NCBI RefSeq assembly: GCF_963676685.1
Contig: NC_092346.1
Coordinates: forward strand, 62,806,001 to 62,870,000
DNA length: 64,000 bases
Direction: 5' to 3'
From: Mytilus edulis
Lineage: Eukaryota
Shown here: positions 1 through 12,130 of the stretch, piece after piece
Layout of the letters: each line of letters begins with the position of its first letter
How positions within the stretch are numbered: position 1 is the stretch's first letter
Notes under the pieces: model-generated
The model's input: only the letters and a program-made list of their open reading frames with translations
Databases searched by the model: none
Told to the model about the DNA's origin: nothing
Translations under genes and position numbers: made by a program

Positions 1-1129
1 TTTTTCTGAAACAATAATATAACTTCACAACATAGAAAAACACACGATGAAATATCAATTGGAAGGCTTAACTCAATCAAAAAACGTAATTTAACACACT
101 TTAAACAAATAAATTTCGAAGTAAGCCAAATCCTTGAGGTTGTTGAAACCAACAAGGGAAAAAAATTAACTAAGTCTACTAAACCTCTCGCAATAAATAC
201 CCAAATATTACTTAATACTTTCCTACTTCCATGGCAAATACTAAGCATTCACTGCAAACAAAGGCACAACACAATCTGAATTTAATACCTTTTTTTTTTT
301 TTTTTTTTTTTTTATCTCAAAGGCACATTATATTTGTTGCAGGTTAAATTCATTTGGTGTCTACAATTTATTTGGAACCCCTTCATACCACCTACCAAAG
401 AGTAAACCCTGAACAATCATAGGTAATCTTTTAAGAGGCGTTACAAGAACGATATATCGCTGTGTCTGCCATACGCTCTTCAAAACCTCTGTCCAAATTA
501 TTAACATTCGAGTTTTTATCAACCAAACCCTAGCAAGAAATTAGCATAATGTTGTTTTCATTTCAGAGTTTATGTGAAACTCCCTTCTCTATGTTTTTGC
601 TATTTTCACATTTGTTGATCGGTGTGAGAAAATAGTATTCTTCACTAGCTGTTCTCGGCAAATGATTTATCGATTTTCTTGGTTTCCAATTGTGACGTCA
701 TGAAAAAATGGCGCATACGTCACATATCAGGAACACAACTTTCTGCAAATCTTTGAATAAGGAAGGATAAAAAATCATTAGCAAAACAGATTCCATCACT
801 TTAACTAATGTTTTACGATATTTCTCCACTCTAAACAGTTAAATTTTAAAATCTCGACAAGCCTCGATCGTTACCTTGTTAATGTATCGAGTAGAAAAAT
901 ATCATTATAACACACTTGTTGCAGTGGTGTCATCTATATATGTCTATGAAGTTGATATAAATCAGAAGTGCATATAAAAGAATAAAAAAATATCTGTTAG
1001 AGAATTTTCAATCAAAGTCCCTCTCCTCATGAAATAATATAAAACTATTGACTTCTCTTCTCTTTACACTGACAGTCCTCGTTCTAGATTTAAAAAGAGT
1101 AAAAAAAAATGTCAAACAAACATCTGGTT

Positions 1130-1700
1130 TTAAGAAAAGACCTATTATCTCTGAAAAGACCACTATGATTCGAACAAAATGTTGACATGTATGAAACGTT
1201 ACATCTCCAACATACTAACTTGTTTTATTTAGAGCATACCTGTAACGTTTGCAGGACGTGTTTTTCAAAAGACAATCGATATACTTAATAACTATGGAAA
1301 CCAACAGTGTCCTTCTGTTTTCCTATGTGTTCTTTTATTTTTAGGACTTCGTGCATGTGCTTCTTAAGACTTCATCTTCCGCTATATACATAATATCATT
1401 TCACTAAATATTTCATCATATGATGCCTGTGTTGACTGCATAAATTTCAACGAACTTGACTTGTTATAAAGGGATACGTCTTTTTGTTTTGACTTTACAT
1501 AATAAAATCAAAATTAACATTGAGGGCCGATTGAGAACTAAACTTGACGACAAACTAGATGTCTTCATTCTATTCTATTGTGAACTTTTTATTTGTACCG
1601 TATAATATTCCAGCAGCGCCTGTATATAAAGGGCACTTTGCAACGTTGATACGGCAGTTCAGGACTTACCACATTCAAGGACGCTATTGCGTCAATATTT
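1130..1700 (+). pseudogene. Decayed Penelope-like element (PLE) reverse transcriptase fragment
   Basis: Frameshifted remnants of PLE-type RT motifs in the expected order: ctatggaaaccaacagtgtccttctg (~PMGTNCAPL, 1292), ttccgctatatacataatatcatttcacta (FRYIHNIISL ~ FRYIDDVLSL, 1377), LRTKL-DDK (1531) and IVNFLF..NIPAAPVY (1577-1627). Boundaries approximate. Confidence 0.7.
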
Positions 1701-2109
1701 CCATGTGTGTGAGTTTAAGTCGTTCCTGTGAAACGGACGCCATCATGATTTTGTTGCCTGTTATTAAATATCTGTGAAGCAGATAACCACGGATATGCAT
1801 TGCAATCCCGTCCTGTTTTCCATGATAGTGACAAAATTATAGGCGACCTATCATTGGATTTGTTTTTCAGAACAGCCGATGGGTGTCAAATGTATAGCAG
1901 GAACTTCTTATCATCCGGAGCACCTAAGTGCGTTTGTTTTTATTATAAGTCAATATATCTATCTGTTGTTCCGTTGCTTATCACTATAGTTGATGTGTTT
2001 CCATCGGTTTTAGTTTGTTATCCAGTTTTATTTTTCTATTAATCGATTTATAACTTTTGAACAGCGATTTACACATGTTGCTTTTACTAATGAAGTCTGA
2101 GTAGCAGCT

Positions 2110-2600
2110 GTAAAAGAGGGACGAAAGATACCAGAGGTACAGTCAAGCTCATAGATTGAAAAAAAAACTGACAACGCCATGGCTAAAAATAAAAAGACAA
2201 ACAGACAAATAATAGTACAGAAGACAAAACACAGAAAACTAAAGACTAAGCAACACGAACCCCACCAAAAACTGTGGGTGATCTTAGGTGCTCCGGAAGG
2301 ATACGCAGATCCTGCTCCATATGTGGCACCCGTCGTGTTGCTTATGTTATTACGAATCCGGTAAAAAGTCTCATTCGGTAAGTCACAATCGTGAAAAGGG
2401 AAGGGTAATGCAGTTACGATATAACTATTAAGGAACATATCCAATATCTCTGTGAAACGGTTATTTCATAACGGTCAACCAACTCGTGATGGCGTCCGTA
2501 AAATTTACGAAGGGATGATATAAACTTCACTATTTGGAAATCTTGGTTTAATAGCTTCCTTGTGTGCTGGAATGTTGCTACAAAGATTAGTTACATAGGC
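2110..2600 (-). mobile_element. Inverted 3' fragment of a similar PLE-like repeat
   Basis: The minus strand encodes RKLLNQDFQIVK..SLRKFYGRHHELVDRY (PLE RT C-terminal region), followed by the ggagcaggatctgcgtatccttccggagcacc tail. The tail recurs in degenerate form near 1900, 22880 and 57250. Confidence 0.6.
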
Positions 2601-3526
2601 ATGTGAAGTTGGTAAATTTTGGCTAAGGTGTTGGATGACACGTCGCCCATGTTTTTTTATCATATAGTTGATGCGTTTTCCCCGGTTTGGTGGGTGACCC
2701 GGGTGATTTTTTGCTTAATCGATTTATGACTTTTGAACTGCCGTATGCTACTGTTGTCCTTATTCGTTTCTTTGTTTTGTGAGGCAAGCGTTGATCAATC
2801 TGGTTTGATGTGTACAAGAGTTTGTTTTTTTTGCTTTTTTTTTTAAGATTTCATCGTTTAATTTTTGCCTTGTTGTCAGTGTATGCCTCTTTAGTATCGT
2901 CTTTCTGTGTACACATTTCAGCACACCGGAAACGTATTTAAGAAACTACCTTTATCTTGTACGATTGATGCCAATAGATTATAAAGTGGAATAAATTAAA
3001 CCTTTAAAGGCATTAAAACCAAAAGTAACCGAAACAGGATAGCCGAAACTTTTGATACCAATTTATTATAAAGGCATTCCTATAGCAAAAATAGACGATT
3101 AAATGTTCATCAGCTGAAAATTTACAGATATAAAATACCATTTTAATCATGTCAATACCTAAGTTGTAGATCCTTGAAGGAACGAAATATTGTGGCCAAA
3201 TTTAGTAAAATATAAATTGATTGTATTGCGTACAACACGTGATTTTATGACTACTAATAATATTCATCATGTACGATAGAGAGAAAACTATTGAATAGTC
3301 CTAGTAATTAACTGTTATAGAACACAGAAACAAAATGCGCTGTAACAAAAGAGTACAAACGGTCTGGCCAACTTTGACTCAGTGAAATGAATATTTAGCT
3401 TCAGGACAATAACACCATTTTATGAAAGTAAATCATTGGCAGAATCATGTCAAGGCGAAGCACTGGCTTGAAAATTTAGTAACAATTGGAAATAGTAATC
3501 AAAGGTACCAGGATTATAATTTAATA

Positions 3527-3570
3527 CGCCAGACGCGCCTTTCGTCTACATAAGACTCATCAGTGACGCT
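3527..3570 (-). ncRNA. Minimal type I hammerhead ribozyme motif (PLE/retrozyme type)
   Basis: Minus strand reads gcgtca-CTGATGA-gtct-tatgt-agac-GAAA-ggcgc-GTC-tggcg. This gives the conserved core, stem II gtct/agac, stem I cgtca/tggcg and a very short stem III. Confidence 0.75.
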
Positions 3571-6267
3571 CATATCAAAATATTTATAAAGCCAATGTAA
3601 TGTGTGATTAAACCATAAAACTTTATGAATGATGATAAAATTTTGATAAAACAAAACATATTCATGCAAAGAGTTTATATACATTTCAAACGAGCATTGT
3701 TTTGTTACAGTTATACCTGTCACATAACGATGATTCAATTACATTTCATTGGTTTATCTCGCATCTTCTAATCATCGACTTTAAATCTGTTTTGATACAG
3801 TACGTACTAACGACAAGCTTTATGAAAGAGGGGTGAAAGATACCGGAGGGACGGTCAATCTTGTATATTGAAAGTAAACAAATAACGCCATGAAGGTGCT
3901 TTCTATTACATCTTTACCTTCATGTGACATTAGGCTTATGTCCAGTAAAGTAACTTCCACAAAGAGGTCACTGAGTGCAAGTACATAGAAATAAATTGCT
4001 CACGTTGATTAATATTCAACCTTTAACACGACGTTCACAGTAAAAGGTAAAATAACAAAAATACCGAACTCCAAGATAAATTCAAGAGAAAAGTCCCTAA
4101 TCAAATGATCAAATAGCAAAATCAAGCGCTCAAACACATAAAACGAATGGATAACAACTTTCATATTCCTGACTTGGTACAGACATTTTCTATGTAGAAA
4201 ATGGTGAATTAAACCAGTCCTGGTTTTATAGCTAACTAAACCTCTCACTTTTATGACTATATCATAAAAATTCCATTATATTAACAACAATGTGAGAACA
4301 AAACAAACAGATATAAAATTAGGGTACAGAATTCAACATTGTTTACAATCTTAATCCCTTTAAAGCAAACAAATATATCAACAAAGAAAAACAAAAAGGC
4401 ATTTAGACACAGTATATAAGAAAAAAAACAAAAGACAAAAATACAAATATTTACCATGATAGTACAATAATACAATGAGCCGCGTTCAATGGATATTACA
4501 AATAAATAGAGTAAACATGTACAGTAAAAGTAATACTTTAATAATACAAATAAAGAACACAATAACACGTAATAAAGAAAATAAATACATCAGTACCTAG
4601 AATCTAAACTTTAAAATCACTTTATTTGTGAATTTGATAATGTATATTTATCAACGAGGTCTTGGCATTTTATGATTAACTTTTTAAGAAAAAGGACGAG
4701 ATGTTCGTTGATATAACCTGGTTCAACAACTTTCTGCTCAGACACTTGTGACGTTTTGTGCAAGCTGTTGAATACCGAATGAGTTAGGAAATGTATATCA
4801 AATATGCAGATGAGTTTGGTATATTGCTGCTAAGGTAGGGAAAATTGATAATTTCATTATTTAAATCATTTCGTTTGTCATAGATCCTGAAACTGAGATG
4901 ACCGCTTATGTCAAATTCGAGGTATAAATCTAAAAGTTAGGTAGAGGAAGAAGCAGTGTCTGTTGTTTCTTTAATTTCTAGTTCTGTAGGGTATAGCAGT
5001 GGAATCCAATCAGAAAATATTTGATTGTTAAAATCCTCAATATGTCTGAATGTGAAATTAAATAATCTGGCTTCTTTGAATTCTATTTTTTGACAAGTGT
5101 CTAAAGAAACTCTGATTCATATTAAAATAAAACGTTTACACAGCAACACTCACAAATTGGTTGATTCTTCCTACTGTTTTGCTGTTAGGTTTGCATAGCG
5201 GAAGAATATTATACTGCATTTATAAATAATAATAATTCAGTAATTACAACAACAAAAATGAAATGGTATATGCAATCACGTTTGAGACATTATAGTTAAA
5301 AGTTTTAAAAATGCAGAATAGTTTTGAAAGCAAATAATGTTTTTTTAAAGTACCCAATACCCTGCTCAAACTACAAATGTTGTCACATGTCATGTTCAGT
5401 GAATCCGAAAATCGCATTCGATTTATATTATAAAGATTTCATATGATCATGAATATGTGATTGGACCACAACTTCCTTCTAAACTGCTTTAACCAAAATT
5501 TAACCTGCACATAACAGACGAATCGACAACTCGATTAAACACCATAATGATTGACAAAATTGTAAAATACAAAAAGATTTCATTAATTGTCTAATATTTT
5601 AGTGTATTCTACTTCATTATCTATTTACAGAAACATAGCATAACAAAAGTAAATATCGCACTAAAATATGTACTTTTTGAACACCACATGAAAAATATAT
5701 TAATTCAGTTTTTCTCTACATGTTCTAAACTAAAATCAAGGTCAAATGAACCTGACAGTTTTTCAAGTACTTTAAAAGGATAAACATGAATTCGTTAATA
5801 TATGGTAAGACCCAATATGAATGTTTTGCTATCAACAGGTTAAGTATTTTTAGTTTTAATTAACAAACTGCGAGCATACGCGAAATAATGTTCATGTTTG
5901 TGTTTTGTTTTCTATGGTATCATTATTTTAGAGTTCTGTGATCTTTGATTGATCCTGTTAAATTATTCAAAATTATCAAATTTTTAAGCTGCCTACTCAA
6001 TTCTATAGCTATTGGTATTCCTCAATGCAAATAAAAACAAATGTATAAGATAAGAAATTTAAAGCAGCAATCATACCTCAGATGGCTTTCATTCAACCAA
6101 GTTAAAATTCATGTATTTACGGTAATATTACACTCGGATGTCTTTTAGGTTCATCTAGTTCGCTTAGAGCAAACACATATAACGTATAATAAATTTAACC
6201 AAAAAAGGGCATGAATTAAAAACCAAATATGTTAATTTGATTTTGCGGGAGGGTGTTCGCGCTTTAG

Positions 6268-7353
6268 CTACACCAACAGTTTTACGACAAATATTTTCGC
6301 TTTATCGTCCCCCGCATTATAACTAGTACATCCAATCACAAGAAACCCCTCACTGTCTACTGACAGACTATATGGAAGAATTATCCCTATGTTCTGTGTT
6401 AACTGTATTCCACACAATTCTCCTTTAGGATTAAGTGCGTGTAAAGTATGATTATTCCTATCTGATATTAAAATGACATCATTCGGCGTAACTGCAATAT
6501 CCATAGGGATTAAGGGTACGTCATCTGTATTATAAAAAGGATGGCCAGTGTAGGAAAAGATTTGTTGGCCACTTCTACTCATTCCCACTATTTGTCCTCT
6601 TAAATCATTATCCATCCAATCAACAATATACACATTGTCGTTCGAATCGGTTGAAATTCGGCCAGCATAATTAAACAACTTTTTTCCTGTACTGTCAAAC
6701 TCAAATACTGATTTGCGTGTATACTTTTCGTCAAATATGGCTACTTGCCTCGAACTCCTTTCCGTAATTGGATATTTCTGACCTTGGTCTCTCATGCCAA
6801 TTATAAGATCTCCATGCTTGGTTAAATGAATGGCTAATATCACCATAGGCGAAGCCTGAATAACACTCTTCACGCTTCCAGAAGCTGACACAGCTAGAAG
6901 TTCTTTACCTGGAGGTGCCGCAAATAAAATTTCATCCTTGTTATTTACAGTGAAGTCCATGCATCTGATGTTGTAATTCAATAACACTTTCAATGACGCT
7001 TTTAAAAGTTTTCCTTTGGTAAACTTGTGCTTTCCAAGTTCACAATTCCCCATGAAGAAAACGATACCGTTCTCTTTACAAAGCAATTTCCCGATCCCAT
7101 GCAAGTCTGTGTCGTATGAATTATAAACTGAGGCAATAATCTCCGGAAGATTGAGAGATTTTATACGATCTGATATGTCTTTGCCTGTATCTTTTACTGA
7201 TATTACTCTGTGTTTCTCAGACGAATGTTTGGTAATTTTACAGTTTTCACACATAAACAACTCGCATTTGGTACACTTCCATTTCAAAATGACATTTGTT
7301 TCACATAACTGACACTGAATTGGTGATTGTGCCTTTACAAAAGATGTCGCCAT
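6268..7353 (-). CDS. B-box zinc finger + NHL/6-bladed beta-propeller protein (TRIM2/3-like, no RING), single coding exon, 361 aa
   Basis: Intact ORF from the ATG at 7353. N-terminal CQLCE..WKCTKCELFMCENC..H..H B-box; C-terminal NHL-like repeats (ISTDSNDNVYIVD, PMDIAVTPNDVILISD, PYSLSVDSEGFLVIG). Confidence 0.85.
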   Translation of the reverse strand: MATSFVKAQSPIQCQLCETNVILKWKCTKCELFMCENCKITKHSSEKHRVISVKDTGKDISDRIKSLNLPEIIASVYNSYDTDLHGIGKLLCKENGIVFFMGNCELGKHKFTKGKLLKASLKVLLNYNIRCMDFTVNNKDEILFAAPPGKELLAVSASGSVKSVIQASPMVILAIHLTKHGDLIIGMRDQGQKYPITERSSRQVAIFDEKYTRKSVFEFDSTGKKLFNYAGRISTDSNDNVYIVDWMDNDLRGQIVGMSRSGQQIFSYTGHPFYNTDDVPLIPMDIAVTPNDVILISDRNNHTLHALNPKGELCGIQLTQNIGIILPYSLSVDSEGFLVIGCTSYNAGDDKAKIFVVKLLV

Positions 7354-7745
7354 TATACTCGCGTGTCTCACACGGGATCGTTCTAAAGGAACGCGAATCT
7401 TTTATTTCAGCAAATATAGAATGTACTGCCATGCAAATAGTTTGAAATAAAATCAATATTAAAAAATCCTTCCTTTGATCGGAACTAAACAAACTCCGAT
7501 ATTGACAACTTTCTTTGTGAATGTCTATTTAAATATACAGTTTTAAAAAAAAAAATGAACACCATAGATTAGAAGTAAAAATTAAGTTCTATATTGAATG
7601 TTTGGTTATCGTCCAAAGGACGTTTATTCTCTATCTGATTTAATTCTCTGAACGTGAGATGAATAATTTTATATTCAATACTGGGTGTTACCATAGACAT
7701 GTATACAATATGATGTCTCTGGTTTTAAATAGATATATATATATA

Positions 7746-8223
7746 TGTTGTGTACAAGATGTAATGTTGTACAAATTATAATTTGTACAGAAGTTTTGTA
7801 CAAGTTATCAGTGTGTTATGACCTGCTGAACAAAAATGAATGATGCAAGCACACAGTCTTTTGCTCCGCATATTTCTGTCAATTTTTCACAACTTCATGA
7901 TACAGTCTAATACGGAGCATTGATACAAAAACATTATAAGACATCACAAAGATTTTGTATAGATATGAATATGGTATAAGGAAAAAAAGAAAATTAGAAT
8001 TTAAACCATTCTGGTATTTTTATTTCCAGTTTAAAGGTAAGGAGAATAGCACTAAATGTTAGATTGACGTATATTTTTTTGAATTTAAAACATTACACTG
8101 GTACATTTTATAGGTTAAACCTGTATCACCTGTTGCAAGAAGGTAGGTGTCAAAAAACTTATAACTTGTACAAAAACCCTGTACAAATTACAATTTGTAC
8201 AAACTTACATCTTGTACACAACA
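7746..8223. mobile_element. Non-autonomous TIR element with TGT...ACA ends (Ginger/TDD-like) in a (TA)n tract
   Basis: ~65-bp imperfect inverted repeats (tgttgtgtacaagatgtaa... / ...ttacatcttgtacacaaca) built from tgtaca subrepeats, with TA runs on both sides. Confidence 0.7.
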
Positions 8224-8239
8224 TATATATATATATTTA

Positions 8240-8390
8240 TTTGTTGAGGGGCCAGCTGAAGGACGCCTCCGGGTGCGGGGATTTCTCTCTGCATTGAATA
8301 CCTGTTGCATGGTGACCTTCTGCTGTTGTCTTTTATATGGTCGGGTTGTTGTCTCTTTGACACATTACCCATTTCCATTCACAATTTTAT
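8240..8390. repeat. SINE-like dispersed repeat fragment
   Basis: ggtcgggttgttgtctctttgacacattacccatttccatt matches, in reverse complement, the copy at ~57920-58000. Confidence 0.55.
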
Positions 8391-8930
8391 GTAAAAAGAA
8401 AACGAAAACGAAAGCAAGAAAACCATGAATATTCTAGTCAAGATGTTACAAGTTACTGTCCATTTCCTCAACTAATATTCTTGTTTTATATCTGTTTACA
8501 TCTATTCAGAGAAATAAATCTATAGAATAAAAATAATAATGAGAAGAAATATTATGATAGGCTGCGGCTAAAGTAAATACTAGAAAATTGAAGGGGGAAA
8601 CAGTCAGTGCAAATATTTATTTAGAAAAGTAAAAAGAGAAGAAAGACAAATGTGTATAAAATGGGGAAAGTTTCTTGACATAAGGTGAAAATGACTGTTC
8701 GATTGGTTACTCTGATGTTAGTGGTCTCTGGTTGTAATTCTTTGTCTGAATGTAAGCAATTCAGATTAAACTTAAAATTGTTAATAGTTAAAAGTTTGAT
8801 TGACGAGCTAAGCAATGGCTTCATTTTTCATTTTAAGCATCTTGGAACTGTACAGATTGTATCTAAAATTTTATTACCAAAGTCTATATAAACTAAAGGT
8901 ACACATTTGAATTACATCAATATCAATAAT

Positions 8931-9203
8931 TATAGATTATCGTTAATCATATCAACGAGATTCATTTTCTCGCGTGAGCCGGTACGGTGAAAGCGAGAAA
9001 AGCAATCGAGTTGAGATGATCAACGATAATCTGTTTATCGCTATTTTACCTATGACGACGATGTCAATTTCATGTCAATTTCCTTAGCAACGTCACGTAC
9101 CTCCTTAGTTTCTAGCGATAATTTTCCATCTCAAGCGAGTAGCATGATATGAAAAATTATCACAAAAAAATATCAGAGGGAAAATGCACAAAATAGCGAT
9201 AAT
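8931..9203. mobile_element. Unclassified non-autonomous repeat; deleted inverted copy at 29511-29665
   Basis: The segments gcgagaaaagcaatcgagttgagatga and tttacctatgac, and the termini tatagattatcg / aaaatagcgataata, occur in reverse complement at 29511-29665. Confidence 0.6.
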
Positions 9204-10544
9204 ACATATTATAATACATAGATAAACATAAACTTATTGACGGGATATCAGAAGGTGTTGTAGAAATACATAAATATCATTTTAACATTTCGGTTCTATA
9301 AGCTTAAAAGAAATATAAATTTATCTACATCACACAGCTCTTTTACGTTGTTCGTACTCATTAGTTTAATGCATCGATGTTTTTCCAATAATATGGCTTA
9401 ATATAAAATATTCTAAAACGTTGATAACATGGACATTTGAGGATGAAATGAAACTCATCCTCTTGTAGTATTAGGTGATACCAAACACAGAATTAAATAT
9501 TTGTTACAGTCAGAAAGTCAGAATCGGAAAGTTGGAGATCGAAATCTGCTGGTTGAATTTGAACGGTATATAGAAAGTCTAAAAAATTATGAGTCTTATA
9601 TGTCTCATTAATTTAACATGCAAAACGTTTAACCTCCATTATCCATTAAATGTTGAAGTTTTAACGTGGAATTCAAGGTTGAAAAGAAGTACAGAAATCT
9701 TTTTAAGTTTTAGAGTTATTTGTCTGTGTAAGACAATGTGAGTTAGAACTTCATCAAATAACATATAGAAAAAGGTATGCTAAAAGACTATACATCTGGT
9801 GTTACTGTTATTTTGGACAATTTGTGGCATGCTGAATAAAACAAATATAGATATTACCATTGGCAAACTTAAATTTACAGTGTAACAAATGTACTCGACG
9901 ACATGACGATTTTTTTTTAGCTCGCTCTATCTCTCTTTTTTTCAGAAATCCGCTATTCTTTGTGATTAAATTTCTAACTATTTCAATTATTTTCGCGTTT
10001 TCAAGTACTTATAATTATGATTTATCTGGGAACAGTATATCCAGAGACATATAATACATATTATATAGGGATAACAGCAAACTTGTCTTGTCTCCAAGTA
10101 CCTATGGTATATCGAAGTAAAATTCTCGCTAAATGGCCAGAAAACTACAGTTAATCTTTGTAGTGAAGCGTAGCGCATTTTCTTTCCATTTAATGTAAGA
10201 TGCAGAAAGAAAAAAATGAGACTGAAAATAGTGACAGAACTTAGGTAATGACCGATTTCAGGGACAGAAATCCACAGAAATTCAGATTGCTTATCATTAT
10301 TTCTTCGGATGGTCTTTGCTTTACACTCACAGTATCCGAAATATATCATAGGGAAATATCATAGGTGCTTGAGGACAGGATCCTGTTTAGTCGAAGTAAG
10401 GCGTCAAAGAAAAAAATTATAATAGCCAATCAAGACGTCATAATTATTTGGACTAGATCCTGTTATGATCGAACCACCCATAGTCCCTCCCCCTTATTAT
10501 CATAAATCTCAGATTTTTTTAATATATATCACTTATTTGTACCA

Positions 10545-10825
10545 TATATATACTAATATACCATATTTTTTTCTTTAAATATGCATGTTTACTATCAACG
10601 TGAATCTCAACTATAGAGCGAAAGGTTGCCAACTTCGTTTCATCTGGGACTCGTTGATTTAACCGGTAAGGGAAATTTTATTACATTTTAAAACAATTTT
10701 TCCTGACCGTTGCCCCAATTTCATGAAACGAAGATGGCAATCTTTCGCTTCGCTCTATAGTTGAGATTCACGTTGATAGTAAACATGCATATTTAAAGTA
10801 AAAATATGGTATATTAGTATATATA
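10545..10825. mobile_element. Foldback MITE with ~100-bp near-perfect arms
   Basis: tatatatactaatataccata...ctatagagcgaa..ttgcca.cttcgtttcat (10545-10643) is inverted at 10723-10825. Confidence 0.8.
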
Positions 10826-11159
10826 ACTCATTATAACTCTTTAATATGAATTTGGATACCCTGTTAAGCCTGCACAGATCATAAGAAGAATTTCAAATTC
10901 TCTGGCACCGTCCCTTGATGATCCTTGCTGGCTGGACACAGAATCTATAATCTTAAAAATATGTTATTAAAATATATTTTAAATAATTTAGGAGTTTGAC
11001 TCATCTGTATTAAGTACAAGTAGGGACTTCCCGCTTTAAGCACCGACTCTTGGAGCTTTCTGTAGATAAGTCATATTAAATATCCTTTATTAAATATACT
11101 TGGTTATTTGCAGTATACCTCATAGTCAAATGTGGGAGTGCTTAATCGTTTTGTTTTTT

Positions 11160-11259
11160 NNNNNNNNNNNNNNNNNNNNNNNNNNNNNNNNNNNNNNNNN
11201 NNNNNNNNNNNNNNNNNNNNNNNNNNNNNNNNNNNNNNNNNNNNNNNNNNNNNNNNNNN
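11160..11259. other. Assembly gap (100 N)
   Basis: Run of exactly 100 N, a typical placeholder for a gap of unknown size. Confidence 0.99.
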
Positions 11260-11999
11260 GGTTATGGTGAAAAAAAATAATTTGTTTTGGACCCTCAGTA
11301 AAAAAAATTGTTTGTTTCACCCTCAACTGCCACTATATGTAATGCTAAAATTGAAAGAAAAAAATTGTCTTCGGTTTGTCGCTAAAAAAATAGATTGTTC
11401 TTCGCCGAAGGCGAAAAAAAAAGTTTGCACAGAAAAAAAAAACCATAGCCCCCCCCCCCCCCCCCCCCCCCGAAAATCAAATGGTTGCTGCCTAATACCT
11501 CATGTTTGTGTTTTCAAAGTGAAAATACACATACCGGGTGCACTTGAGTCAATTTCAACATAGTATTCATTGAATAATAATAGGTCTACTTTGCTACTAT
11601 TTTGTTGAGTGTATTTTCTGTGGTATATTATTTTATTTTATTATTTTTATAACACTTGTTACATATCTTTTATTGTGTGTGTATTGCATATGTTATTGTT
11701 TATAATAATATTGTCTGTATGATATGCCCTCCTGGGGCACTAATTTGGTAAATAAAAATATTCTATTCTATTCTTATACGGTACAAATAAGTGATTACTA
11801 GTGATATATATTAAAACATCTGAGATTTATGATAATAAGGGGGAGGGACTATGGATAACAGGATCCTGTTCTCAAGCACCTATGGTTTTGTTTATACCTC
11901 CCCAAAATTGAAATTGCTTTCGTTTAAGTACGTTGCAGTATCTTTTTTAATTGATGGTTTTTAGCAACAATAATCTGCCTTTGTATTCTCAACAGAGAA

Positions 12000-12130
12000 C
12001 ATTCTGGCGAGAACAGTAAACATTACGAACCGGAACTTGCGGAAATACACTCAGAAAACGAAACAAGTCAAAATATTGTTACAGCTGATCACGGGACCTC
12101 CAGATAAAAAAAACCACTCTTAGTCTAAGT
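12000..12130 (+). promoter_or_regulatory. Possible TECPR2 promoter / non-coding first exon region
   Basis: Tandem ETS-like motifs ccggaac and gcggaaa at ~12031-12045. The first coding exon is preceded by a splice acceptor (15933), so an upstream non-coding exon is expected; its position here is a guess. Confidence 0.25.

Larger units (their letters stand above)
10360..11884. mobile_element. Long-TIR non-autonomous element containing nested MITEs and an assembly gap
   Basis: cataggtgcttgaggacaggatcctgtt (10360) and ccatagtccctcccccttattatcataaatctcaga (10478) are inverted at 11779-11884. Confidence 0.65.

Noticed and set aside
2028-2444. 138-aa hydrophobic ORF and overlapping 61-aa basic ORF
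   Set aside because: Both lie in a dispersed PLE-derived repeat, and the T-rich composition explains the apparent transmembrane segment.
11132-11563. 143-aa ORF with polyproline
   Set aside because: It spans the N gap and a poly-C run inside a MITE end.
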